A stretch of DNA of 63,816 nucleotides, filler included, from Rozella allomycis CSF55 (GCA_000442015.1; 6 parts of 6 records of this genome joined end to end with filler, not necessarily neighbours in it), one strand, 5' to 3'. Counted from the whole stretch's first letter, positions 1 to 10,978 are shown. A program made the numbers and translations. Notes: a model not told the origin generated them from the letters alone.

Positions 1-53
1 CCATCATTTTTAGTTCATTGCACCCGGGAATGGATATTTGAAAATTGGAAAGA

Positions 54-772
54 ATGGAAAACTGCGCGAGGTCATCTTCAGAGTTGGTACATTCCGAAAA
101 ATGGATTTCCTTGCATAAAATATATTACAAGAGTCATTTGAACACAACACAAGTAGAGTGTTTGAATTTGGGTCATAGATTTGGGAAAGCGTTGAGAGAA
201 ATACCCGACATGGTGAAGTTGATGGTATCAAACAAACTAATCAATGAATTTTAGCCGTGGTAATATTCGCCAAGCTAAATTACACCGATCGAACCGAGGT
301 TGTTCTTGTAAAGCAATATCGGCCCCCATTAGATAAAATCTGTATAGAACTTCCTGCAGGTATATGCTTTACACTATAGATTTATGGTTTAATAGATAAA
401 GGCGAGACTGTTGAACAAGCCGCCTTGCGTGAGCTTCAAGAAGAAACCGGATTTGTTGGAGTTGTTGAATCCGTGTTACCTACGATGTTTAGTGATCCTG
501 GAATAACTAGTGCGAATATGAAAATGGTAGTATGCAATGTAATTAATTTCTGTTGAATGAATAGGTGGACATGAGTAAACCTGAAAATCAAATACCAGTA
601 TGTAATCAAGAGGACAGTGAATGCATTGAGACGTTTACTTGTTCTATAAAAAACCTCTTTAATTTTCTGCGGGGTAAAAATATATGAAGCGTATTTTGAA
701 GATCAAGAAAAGAATGGTTTCGCAGTTGATTCGCGTTTATTCGCCTTGGCCTTTGGATACCAATTGAAATAA
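54..772 (+). CDS. ADP-ribose pyrophosphatase, Nudix hydrolase (NUDT5/Ysa1-like), 5 tiny introns
   Basis: Spliced translation gives WESVER...VVLVKQYRPP...[28 protein letters not shown], a complete Nudix box GX5EX7REUXEEXGU. Intron 3 (360-386) appears to be GT-TG. Confidence 0.9.
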
Positions 773-859
773 ATTGACTTTCAGAATTGCATTACTGTTA
801 GAAATAGAAAATATTAAGCCAAACGCTAAAGCTCAAATATTTTGCTTCACGGTCACCCC

Positions 860-2046
860 ATGTCAAAAGCTGCAGATGATGTGCTGAAAGCCGTCAAAGA
901 GTATATTCTCAAGAAAGATGATATTACGCTTGAATTTAAAAGAGTAATATGCATTGGTTTTCATATTTGAGTTTCTAACGGATTTTTGCGCTAAAAATTC
1001 CAGTAGTGATCAAGTACAACATCTGGTGCCTCATTTGTTGGAAAAAATGTCAAGCGAAAAAGATCTGAAATATTTGCCCAAAATTTTAGACATTATAGCA
1101 TTTCTTTGCGTCGCTTCAAGCGTTTGTAGGCAGTCATTCATTGATCATTCACACTGGATATTTGAATTTATTAAAAGCCCGCAAATTTCACATGAATCTA
1201 ACATAATTGAAATGATTCACTCATTATTAACTGATATTAGCGAAATTGAGAATCACCCTAAAGTAACAACTGTAACCTCTTTCGATTTAAGCTGAAAATA
1301 TTAATGGAGAATATAAAGACAATTAAAAAACAACGAGCTAAAAAATCTACTGCGAGAATTCAAAGAATTAAAGATGTGGAGGAGCTTGAAACGGAAAAGC
1401 GAGCAAAAGTTATTATCTTACAAATGGTACATTAAAGATTTAGATTGAATAGAACGAGTTGCTTAATATTCTAAGGCAAATCAATCCATCAACTTCAAAG
1501 TCTCATATACCTGAAACTGTTGAAAATTCTATAGTTTATGAAAATCTTCGAGATTCTTACAAGGAATTGATCAGCTTACGTTTAAGGAAAGGATCTGAAA
1601 TCGTCTCCGAAATCGAAAGTTTAAAAGAAATCTGTAATACTATTAATCCTTCCTTTAAATTTCTCTCAAAAGCCAAAATAGATGAACTAAAATTTGATGA
1701 AATTGAATTGGAAGAAGATGAATTTAAATCGCCATCGTCTGAAAATTTAGTGCTGCCGGATGATATTCCTACGCGAAGTGAAAATAGTCACCTAATTACC
1801 CCAGATATAAAAATACCTGAAATAGCAGTAAACATTCACATTTTAATTCAAAAGATTTGTGGTGCAATACTGAAAGATGATAAAATATGCCAAAGGAGGG
1901 ATTTAAACGGTTGTATATTTCATTCTAAACAAACCACATTGGAAGAAGATCACCTAAAGATGATGAATAGAATTTTTGAAAAATCAAAAGTCAAGAAAGG
2001 CGACGTTAGAAAGCGATTAGAGAAAAGATTAAAGAAAAAAGCATAA
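860..2046 (+). CDS. UVSSA: UV-stimulated scaffold protein A-like (UVSSA/DUF2043), 3 introns
   Basis: C-terminal CGAILKDDKICQRRDLNGCIFH Cys/His motif and VRKRLEKRL tail resemble the UVSSA C-terminus; GT-AG introns join the ORF fragments. Confidence 0.6.
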
Positions 2047-2061
2047 AATTACTAATTTACT

Positions 2062-3266
2062 TTATTTTGAATTCATTATGCATTCATTGGCCCAAACTTT
2101 AATTGAATTATCAAAAGATCCAGTTATTAACAAATCAGTACGCTCGTCATACTTTAAAGCCCTCACTACACCGTTGTGTCCCTTTAAGGTTGTCAAAACG
2201 CATTCAGATGCCACATCAAACACATATATTAAACTATCATCGCCAACAGCAAAGAAAATTGTCCCTGAAGAATGCCAACAATTACGTGGCATTGAATAAG
2301 CATCTGTTGCAAGGCCATAAAATCGTTTAACGTGCACAGAAGACCCGAATTTCATTAACAAAATTTGTGATGCATCAGTGGAGATTAAAATATATTTGCC
2401 AGAAGGATGCATTGAAATATCCATTGGAGTAAAGCTAACCCAATCGTCGCCATTGCTGTTCATATTGACTTTTACATCATCAAATGTCGCCATATTGATG
2501 TAATGAAGATAATTGTCGCCCCTCACACCAACAATTAATGTCTGTGAATCATTGCTAAAACAAGTTGATTCAACATTGCCTTGGAAATAGAAAACCTTTA
2601 ATAATTGTAATCCATGAAAAGAATAAATTCTAAGAGTGTGATCGTAACTTCCTGTTATGAAGAAATCACCATCTGGTGAGAACTTTGCTTGATTAACATA
2701 TTTTGTATGTTCAGACCACCTTTTTAAAATAGTTCCAGTCAAAAGATCAACATGAGAATGTGAAAAGTCCATACACGATATTATGCAAATATGTTTCTGG
2801 AATGGATGCACATGCACGGCTAAAATAGGCGACGGGAATGAAAATTTTCTAGTCGTTTGACATCAACAGTTCTCGTAACACATAATGTGCGGTCAGATGA
2901 TCCCGACACGATACTAAAACTTCCTTCCACTTCATTTGTAGTATCTAAACTTAAAATATTTTTGGAATGAATATTTCCCAAAGTCTTTATGCAATTAACA
3001 GGTATCATTTCCAGAGAACACGATTGTGTAAAGCAATTATCCGCGGTCATGTTCAGGTTATTAAAAGTATCTACTATATCAATTGAATTCTTTTCCCTCA
3101 AAATTTCGAGAAGCGATTTCTTTGGATTGTAGACATCAAAATTCACTCGGCTAATTCCAAGCTCATTTACAAATTGTTCCTGTGTCGATGTTAGCTTCAT
3201 TTCGCCCAAAAATTGATATATTAAAGAGTACGCTTCAGTTATTAGAGCTTGTTGGTTCGTTGACAT
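2062..3266 (-). CDS. LisH-like + WD40-repeat protein with an apparent 1-nt frameshift near 2860
   Basis: WD repeats (HTKYVNQAKFSPDGDFFITGSYDHTLRIY; GHNGVVRALKYD...TGSFDNSIKVW) and N-terminal LIYQFLGEMKLTSTQEQFVNE. The two ORFs join as VD[G]QTTRKFSFPSPILAVHVHP if one base is restored. Confidence 0.75.
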
Positions 3267-3407
3267 CCCTTTAGCCTTTTTGATTTCCAAAATTTCTGTT
3301 GAGCAAAAACGGTGTCATACGAATATATCTATCGTCATGTTTTNAACTAAAATTTATGGGTGTCATACGAATATATCTATCGTCATGTTTTCGGATATCT
3401 CAACAAA

Positions 3408-4351
3408 ATGAAATCTCTTCTATTTCTTTCTCTCGCAATTCAATACAATATCGCCGCTCCCTCCGTTTTGGACATCGATGGAAAATGCAAATGCAAGTCT
3501 AGAAAAACTAAAACATTGACTGAATCAAAGTTTGAAACCATTACGAAAGTATCAACTTTAACCATTACCGAAACCCCATTGCCAATTACTGAAACAAGAA
3601 CAGAATCGGTCACATCTACAGTTCAAGAAACTTTAATTCCAGTCACTGAAACTGTAAAACTTACGTGCACCCCAATTACAACTATCGAGGTCACAACTGA
3701 AACACCACCGGCCGTTACGAGAACAAGAGTTTGTGAAACTATAACCAAGACAGAGTCTGGACCTACTGTCACTGCCATTCCGAAATGTAAAAGGAGAAAG
3801 AAGTGTGGTGGATATGGAAGACAATGTGCCAATGACTATGATGAAGTAGATCGCGATGGTGATAGAAGAGGTAATAGCCATGAAAGGACAATAAACTAGA
3901 TAATCACGGAAGAGAACATGACAGAGATCATGGAAGAGACCGTGATAAAGACCACGACAGGGATCATGGAAGAGACCGCGATAGAGATCATGACAGAGAT
4001 CACGGAAGAGACCACGACAGGGATCATGACAGAGATCACGGAAGAGACCGCGATAGAGACCATGGAAGAGACCACGATAGGAATCATGACAGAGATCATG
4101 GAAGAGACCACGTCAGGGATCATGACAGAGACCATGGAAGAGACCGCGATAGGGATCATGACAGAGACCATGGAAGAGACCGTGATAGGGATCATGACAG
4201 AGATCACGGAAGAGACCACGATAGGAATCATGACAGAGATCACGGAAGAGACCGCGATAGGGATCATGACAGAGACCATGGAAGAGACCGTGATAGGGAT
4301 CATGACAGAGACCATGGAAGAGACCACGATAGGGATCATGGGAGAAAGTAA
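3408..4351 (+). CDS. Secreted protein: signal peptide, Cys/Lys motifs, Thr-rich stalk, C-terminal Asp/His/Arg/Gly repeat; intron 3871-3899
   Basis: MKSLLFLSLAIQYNIAAP signal peptide. The 29-nt GT-AG intron removes the TAG at 3897-3899 and shifts into frame DNHGREHDRDHGRDRDKDHDRDHGR... ending at TAA 4349-4351. Confidence 0.75.
3900..4345 (+). repeat. Coding minisatellite of 6/12-nt units (GACAGA, GATCAT, GGAAGA, GACCAC) encoding DHDR/DHGR/DRDR
   Basis: Directly visible tandem repeats; several frames on both strands stay open as a side effect. Confidence 0.95.
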
Positions 4352-4496
4352 AATTAAGAAACTACGCTAATAAATCGCATTAACAACTTTATAAAAAGTT
4401 CATACTCACTATATTTTAAATATAAAATAATGTATTGAATGTCAATTCTATTAGAATCGCGACATGGTTTAATATTGTATTGTGTCCGAGAAAATT

Positions 4497-6601
4497 TCAA
4501 CTGGATTTATTCCTTAAACTTTTTGACTTTTCAAAATAGTCTTGAAGACTTTTCACTAATAGGTCAGCTTCACTTTTTAACGTAACGACTGCTGAAAGAG
4601 CCATGAGTCTGTCTTCAACATTTGCACTCAGATCGAGACTTGAAACAGTGACCATAGTTGGGTACCCATTGAAGAAGCCTAATTTATGAATGACAAATTT
4701 ATCTTTGAAAAATTGAACTGCGAATGAATAAACATCGTCATTGGATAATATCTTCTTTAAAACATGCAGCTTAAGGCCACCAACCCGACAGAGCTTCACA
4801 AAGTCAGCACTTCGTTCAATATATTTGGCTAGCTTAACTTTGGATTTTAAATTATCATTAACATTTATCTTGTCCTCAATGTCAACGACAGATATGTAGC
4901 AGTCCTGGCCTTTTCTTTTTACACCATAAGCTGCATCAAGAAACTTTGTTTTGCCCCTAGTTACCTTTGTAACCCCTTCAACGTGTTCTAGCCTGTAGAA
5001 TATCTCAGACTTTTGGTAAGTATTCTTTTCTATTGGCACAAAAGAGTCATTTGGTCTAAAGAATATATTATCCGTTAAGCAAGAATAAATGGCCATGTGG
5101 TAAAACGATTCACTAGCATCTTCTACCCCATAATCAACAAGTCCAAGCTTATCAAAACTNAAAAAAAGGTTAGGACCGGGGTTTATTGAATTGAGGTTCC
5201 TTTTGTGAAAGGTCGATTGTGGACGGCACGGAAATTTTTATATTAAGAAAGACTACTGAAGAATGGACTAGGGTTTGTTTATCGATAAGGCAATTTATAC
5301 TAGCGTGGCAAAGTTGATAAGCTCTGACAGCGAAAAANCTTATCAAAACTTCTTTTTAACTGTCCATAGGAAAGTCCTTTTAAAGTATTCGTAACATCTA
5401 TCGTTTTAAAGTCCTCTTTGCAAAAGCCCAGACTCTTGTACATTTTGCCCATCTTTAGTTTAAACTCTTGTCGTTTTTCATTGAGAAACTTTTCAAAACA
5501 TTCATAGAGTTCACTGCCTATGTTAATCTTTTATTCATTACAGTACCTTTTTCAAATGGATTATCTTCATCGTCACCAGTACCTGCAAAAACTTGACAAT
5601 TCAGACAGGATATAGTTTCATTGTTTAATTCTTGAAACTCTTTCATGCTTGAAACTTTCATTTCCTTGACTATTTGGTCATGGTTTGGGTTTTTCTTCAA
5701 AAATCCCACATTGTACGAGAACCCATTCACCAAAGCAGCCAAACATTTTTCTTTAGGCTCATATTTTATTCTTCTCTCATTAACATCGCCTTTTAAATAC
5801 AAAGCGACTTCAACGTCATTGATATCTAACTCTTCAACTTGAAATGGATAAAGATGAGACAATATTCTTTCTTCCAATTCTCCCATAGTTTTGATTTCTT
5901 TTTCTAATCTATCCTTGGTAAATGAAATATTTTCATCATCGAAAAAGAATTCATAATTAACATGGCGTGGAACCATAACTTTTCTAAGAAGCAGTTTCCC
6001 ATCTTCTGGCTTCCCCTCAATTACAACTTCATTGGGGTCCTTAATATCGAATGCTTCAGCCAACTGACTCAAAATATCAATGTTGCATTTTATAGCCATT
6101 TCTTTAACTTGCGGCCCATATTGAACAGAAGCATGGAAAACTGTTTTGAATTGTTTAATGTATTCGTCTGCATCTTTCTTTAAAAAATTTCTAGGCGATT
6201 CCTCATCATAGTATGTAAGAAATGCCTTTTGGTCTTTTGGGCTTAATTCACTTAGAACTGTATCTCTAACAGCAAGACATGTATTTCTTATATGTGAATG
6301 TTGAATTTTTAACTGCATTACATCTATGGTCATTCACACCACACTTAAATTACCCAACACTCTATTCACTAGCTGTTCAAGTTCTGAATCATCAAACTTA
6401 ACCTTACGATTCAAGTCATAGTTTCTGATTAAGACTTTTTTACTCAAAATGTTCTTGAGCTCTTCGCTCTCCAAGATCTCCCTTGGAACATCTTCAATAG
6501 TTTGGAAATAATAACTTTCGTTCGAAAGTTCTTTCATAAAAGCATTCCCTGCTATTAACTGTAAATACCATTTTACAATATAAAGGTTTGTTTTTTTCCA
6601 T
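4497..6601 (-). CDS. Lineage-specific protein (~600 aa), possible C-terminal PD-(D/E)XK-like domain; 3 introns plus an assembly insertion at 5160-5338
   Basis: The ORFs at 6334-6537, 5518-6333 and 4497-5096 join through GT-AG introns of 28, 30 and 29 nt (MEKNKPLY/WNAFMKE; RVL/DVMQLK; PFEK/GSELYECF). The frame continues across the N-flanked insert via the duplicated SFDK sequence. Confidence 0.6.
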
Positions 6602-7002
6602 TGTAAAAATTACAAGAAAAGAAAAAAAGGTTAGGACCGGGGTTTATTGAATTGAGGTTCCTTTTGTGAAAGGTCGATTGTGGACGGCACGGAAATTTTT
6701 ATATTAAGAAAGACTACTGAAGAATGGACTAGGGTTTGTTTATCGATAAGGCAATTTATACTAGCGTGGCAAAGTTGATAAGCTCTGACAGCGAAAAAAT
6801 TCAAATTTCTGATCGATTGAGAGATTTTTTTAAATAAATATGCAATGTTATCTTTTCCAGGTCAATGGTTCTTTTTAATCCTCTTTCTTTGAATTTGTTC
6901 TCGAATGTAGTGGTACTTGGTTTCAAAGTCTACCAGCCCCTCTCAGCCACTAAACCCATAACAGAAAGTTGCAAACCTATTTAGTCACAAAATATTATTT
7001 AC

Positions 7003-7640
7003 TCACACACAGAGACTGAAAAGAGTCTTTAACTGCCCATAGGAAAGACCTTCTGAAGTATTGGTGACATTTATCCTTTTAAAGTCCTCTTTACGAAAGC
7101 CCAGACTCTTGTACATTTTGCCCATCTTTAGTTTAAAACTCTTCTCGTTTTTCATTGAGAAACTTTTCAAAACATTCATAGAGTTCATTGTCTATGTTAA
7201 TCTTTTATTCATTACAGTACCTTTTTCAAATGGATTATCTTCATCCTCGCCAGTACCTGCAAAAACTTGACAATTCAGACAGGATATAGTTTCATTGTTA
7301 AATTTTTGAAACTCTTTCATGCTTGATATTTGTTCATGGTTTGGGTTCTTCTTCAAAAATCCGACATCCTTTGTTAAATGTTAATCACGCGACGCTTAAA
7401 TTACCCAACACTCTATTTACTAGTTCAAGTTCTGAATCACCAAACATAACCTTACTTACTCGTTCGAAATCTCGTTCATAGAACTTAAAAGCATTCCCTA
7501 CTGTATTACAATACAAAGGTTGGTTTCTTTCCATTACTATAAAAATTATAAGAAAAGAGACAAAAGTTAGGATCGGAGTTTATTGAATAAAGGTTCTATT
7601 GGTGAAGGGTGACGGGTCGATTGTGGGCGGCTCAGAAATT
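7003..7640 (-). pseudogene. Degenerate, internally deleted tandem paralogue of the 4497-6601 gene
   Basis: 7060-7365 matches 5350-5710 and 7395-7640 matches 6345-6700 (including upstream DNA), with substitutions, large deletions and frameshifts. Confidence 0.75.
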
Positions 7641-7757
7641 TTGTATTAATCAAATCAGCCATAATGTGCATTGCAATGTTTTTAAAGACTTTACCATATT
7701 TTAAAATCCCGTGTTCAATTCCAATGGATGAGGAAATTTTCAGGAGGGCTTGGACCG

Positions 7758-8088
7758 AAATGAAATGAAATGAAATGAAATGAAAGAAATGAAATTTATT
7801 TAACGAGGACTTCCGGTCGCTTATCGACTTTTAAGCATTTTCAATCAATGCAGTCATGCGCTCATGGCCAAAATAGGGGGTTAGGCCTACCTTTTCCATT
7901 GGGGTGCTCGGTCGCGGAAAGTTTTTTTTCAGACTAGCCGCAGACATTACTTGCTATCGTGCTTTTACGGATACTGCCTTTAAAACCTCCTCCCAGTGGA
8001 AGGAGGAAAGGTACATTTTCCGGCTGGAATCGAACCAGCAACCCGTAGGTCGGTAAGCGCACGCTCTTACCATTCGGCCATGAGTGGC
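7758..8088 (-). mobile_element. tRNA-derived SINE, 331 bp, with 14-bp target-site duplication
   Basis: Head has Pol III A box TGGCCGAATGG (8080-8070) and B box GGTTCGATTCC (8036-8026) in a perfect T-arm but no acceptor stem; (TTTCA)n tail at 7757-7796; identical flanks GAGGGCTTGGACCG at 7744-7757 and 8089-8102. Confidence 0.9.
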
Positions 8089-8339
8089 GAGGGCTTGGAC
8101 CGGCAGTCTTGGTTCGACCCCATGATGATTTTCACTTGCTGATAACGTGTGTTCTCATAAAAATAAAGGGGACCACGAGGCTATGTAGAATGCACATATA
8201 AAATAAGTATAAAATAGAAAACTGCTCAAGTGTATCGCATTAACAATTATATAAAAATCATATTCACTATATTCTAAAGGAAGTAGATAAACTGTGTAGA
8301 AAGAAATAGAAATAGGAAAATCGAACTGCACGCTAATAT

Positions 8340-9185
8340 TTATTGTGTATTAACAGTACCGTTGCCATTGTTAGTTGTCACCTGAAGGGACTTAACATTA
8401 CTATCACCTTTCTTGCTCTTATCTTTTGCGAGTTCTTTTCTAGCAGTATAGCGAATACTTAAGTCACCAAGATTTTCATTGAGAAGAATAAAATTCTCGA
8501 GAAGCGTTATGGTGATGGTGTTATAAACGGTCCCGGAGAGAGTGTTTATCACTACAATACAGAGTAACCACAAGATTATCGAAATAATACCAAAGATGTT
8601 AGTGGTGGTCAATAACTTCATTAACACTCTTCTGTTAGCTGGAAAAGACTTGCTCTGAACATAAATGGAGTAACCGAAAAGGCCACCTCCAAAGACGACA
8701 GCATATAGGATAAAAAGGAGTACAGACAACGTAGTACCTAACGAATATGTTGGAGGGAGCTTTGGGCTCACAGCGACGTCACGCCAACCGAAGCCAAATA
8801 TCAGAGCCGTACCAATTATTTCTAGCACAATAAGAATATTTCTATACAGAATTTTCTTTCGAGGATTGGTGATAACAGAAAGGTACTTGAAAACTGACAA
8901 TGATGAAAGTGCTAAACTGTTCATGCCGGCAAAGGTCAGTGCCGAATAGAAGAACCATCTGTCCGCTAATACGACGGGATTTAATAGTCCTGCGGATCCT
9001 AAATATGTATACACCGCAACAGTGAGAGTACTTACAGCAGACAAGATATAGCGCCCTTTTTGGACTCTGTTCTTATAGTCTGAATGACATCTGTATGCTG
9101 TGACGACCATATTGACGGTTGTGAAAGCTATTGAAGCCCCAGCAAGTACACAAGCTTGTTGTAATTGTTGAGCAAGAGTAGACAT
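8340..9185 (-). CDS. Intronless seven-transmembrane (GPCR-like) membrane protein
   Basis: 281-aa ORF with about seven hydrophobic segments and a charged C-terminal tail. Confidence 0.65.
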   Translation of the reverse strand: MSTLAQQLQQACVLAGASIAFTTVNMVVTAYRCHSDYKNRVQKGRYILSAVSTLTVAVYTYLGSAGLLNPVVLADRWFFYSALTFAGMNSLALSSLSVFKYLSVITNPRKKILYRNILIVLEIIGTALIFGFGWRDVAVSPKLPPTYSLGTTLSVLLFILYAVVFGGGLFGYSIYVQSKSFPANRRVLMKLLTTTNIFGIISIILWLLCIVVINTLSGTVYNTITITLLENFILLNENLGDLSIRYTARKELAKDKSKKGDSNVKSLQVTTNNGNGTVNTQ

Positions 9186-9404
9186 CGGAGAATTTTTATT
9201 CTTTTCGAGAATTTATCATGCTTTTTATATCCTAAAATAGAATCTCATAGTGCTAAGGTATATTTCATATTTGAAGTCCGTCATCATTGATAGTTTTTGT
9301 GATAGATTAGCTCTTATGTAAGTACATGGCTAGATTATAATAGAAGGGGCCAAAAAGAATTTATTTATATGCAATTTTGAAAGTGGCATACTCCTTTCTA
9401 TTCT

Positions 9405-9979
9405 TAATTGGTTTCCGAAAAACGGGATCCCCCTTTTTTCCGAGGTCACATATTTTCCCAGCCCAGTGATTTACTCTTACGAGCCCACTTTTGACCTCGC
9501 GTAAACTTTTTAAGTTTACAGCCCATACTTTTTGCGTTTATAAGCCCAAGAAAGGAGGGAAAAAAGGAACGAAAAATTACGTTACGAGGGATCGAACCCT
9601 AGACCACGCAGACACTGGACATGGCATTAGCCATCATGCCAAAGCGTCTTATTGATATTCAGACAATCATTATTATTTATAGTTTATCAAATTTCATTGC
9701 TGGTTTTATGGGCTAAGTAGATTAATTGAGGTATGATGGCTTAGAAGTGGGCTCTAAAACTTAAGCAGTGGGCTGTAAAGATTAAAAAAAATAGAAAAAT
9801 ATAGAAAACTGGGCTGGGAAATGTAAATTTCAGTTTTTTGCCTATTTTTGCACTGTATTTTACGCGTGAAAATTGGTGTGGGCTGGCAAGAGAAATTTTG
9901 TGGGCTCGGAGATATTTTATTCTTTTTTCCGAAGGAGGCGAGATTACGGGAGCCAGTTAGGCTGATTGGATACCAATTA
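9405..9979. mobile_element. Candidate non-autonomous DNA element with inverted subterminal AGCCCA/TGGGCT arrays and a tRNA-like core
   Basis: AGCCCA motifs on the left (9460-9548), TGGGCT motifs on the right (9709-9906); perfect 14-bp inverted pair at 9454-9467 / 9808-9821; 11/12 inverted match at 9405-9416 / 9968-9979. Confidence 0.45.
9577..9648 (-). pseudogene. tRNA-like sequence (A and B boxes; imperfect acceptor and anticodon stems)
   Basis: Minus strand reads GACGCTTTGGCATGATGGCTAATGCC...CTAGGGTTCGATCCCTCGTAACGT; D-stem GCAT/ATGC and T-arm AGGG-TTCGAT-CCCT present. Confidence 0.55.
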
Positions 9980-10027
9980 CCATCAAATAATTTCAAATTA
10001 TTGACATCATTTTAAACTATTTATTAA

Positions 10028-10826
10028 CTACCTTGACGCAATTTTAGCCGCCTTTATTTTCAGTCTTGCATCATGATATTGTTTCTCATGTACTTTCATG
10101 TCATCTTTTAAATTTCTTTTGGAAATGGTAACAAAGGACTCCTTTTTCTGAAATCTAATAAACCTTACATTCGGATCTGCTTTGTAGTTCAATGACTCTG
10201 AATGAAGCACATCGGCGGGTTTCGGATCCCTTTCCACCTTTGGAACAAGCTTCCNNNNNNNNNNNNNNNNNNNNNNNNNNTTTTTCGAATTCAGTATTCT
10301 GGAACCCGATCATATCGAAGAATCTACTTTATCTTGCATTGTAAATTTACCTAGTAGGCATTCCATGTTGTTTTTGATATTTGATTTCATTGTCCAGGTC
10401 TTTGGGTGAGGTGACCGGGAATAATCGATCGTACTGGTTTGGCAAGTCCTTTTTTACAATTTCTGATGGATGCATTTTGGACAAGGCAGAGGGGAATCCT
10501 TTATTGAATATTTTGAGGGAATAGTTACCTTCTAGACATGGAATATTGTACAACCTTGATTGAGTGTTGAGTGGTAAGCCAGTTGGTTTCGAATATTTAT
10601 TATTGTCAAATAATGGACTTGCTTGTTTATTGGTTATACCTTGAGCGTATTTTCTTTGCTTTTTTGGAGAATAAGGAATGTGGGTATTGGTATCCATAGA
10701 GGTTAGGTAAGGAATATTTGTGGAAAAAATCATTTGATTGGGGATCACTGACACAGAGAATCATCAAAAGGTGAAGCTTTTAAACCTATCTTCAAATATG
10801 ATTTTGCTTGGTGACAATTTCTTCAT
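10028..10826 (-). CDS. Hypothetical protein spanning the N gap at 10255-10280
   Basis: ORFs 10347-10754 and 10028-10237, with a GT-AG intron near 10324-10350; start uncertain. Confidence 0.4.
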
Positions 10827-10964
10827 ATATATTTCAAGACTCGATAATCAATAATTAATTATTTTATTGTCGACTATGAATAAAACGCCATTTAATTCCG
10901 TTCAACAAAAATTTGGATTCCTGGCCTGTAATATTTGCCGAAATTTCTTTTTGTTTTGATTTCA

Positions 10965-10978
10965 ATTTTGGCGCCAAA

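Noticed and set aside
377-379. Stop-codon reassignment as the explanation for in-frame TAG/TAA in the 27-nt segments
   Set aside because: TAA, TAG and TGA all terminate genes normally here, and readthrough would insert 9 aa into conserved motifs.
3896-4370. ORFs 3918-4370 (+, MTEITEET) and 3896-4339 (-, MIPIVVSS), and a CRISPR-like look
   Set aside because: Shadow frames of the DHDR/DHGR coding repeat; there are no unique spacers.
5160-5338. 177-bp insert with an apparent 12-bp TSD (CTTATCAAAACT)
   Set aside because: Exact copy of 6622-6798 bounded by single Ns; a scaffolding artefact rather than a transposon.
5518-6537. Abutting ORFs (TGA-ATG) suggesting an operon, viral cassette or readthrough
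   Set aside because: Explained by ordinary 29-30-nt GT-AG introns that contain the stops.
8017-8088. Functional tRNA gene
   Set aside because: No acceptor or anticodon stem pairing; it is the head of the SINE.
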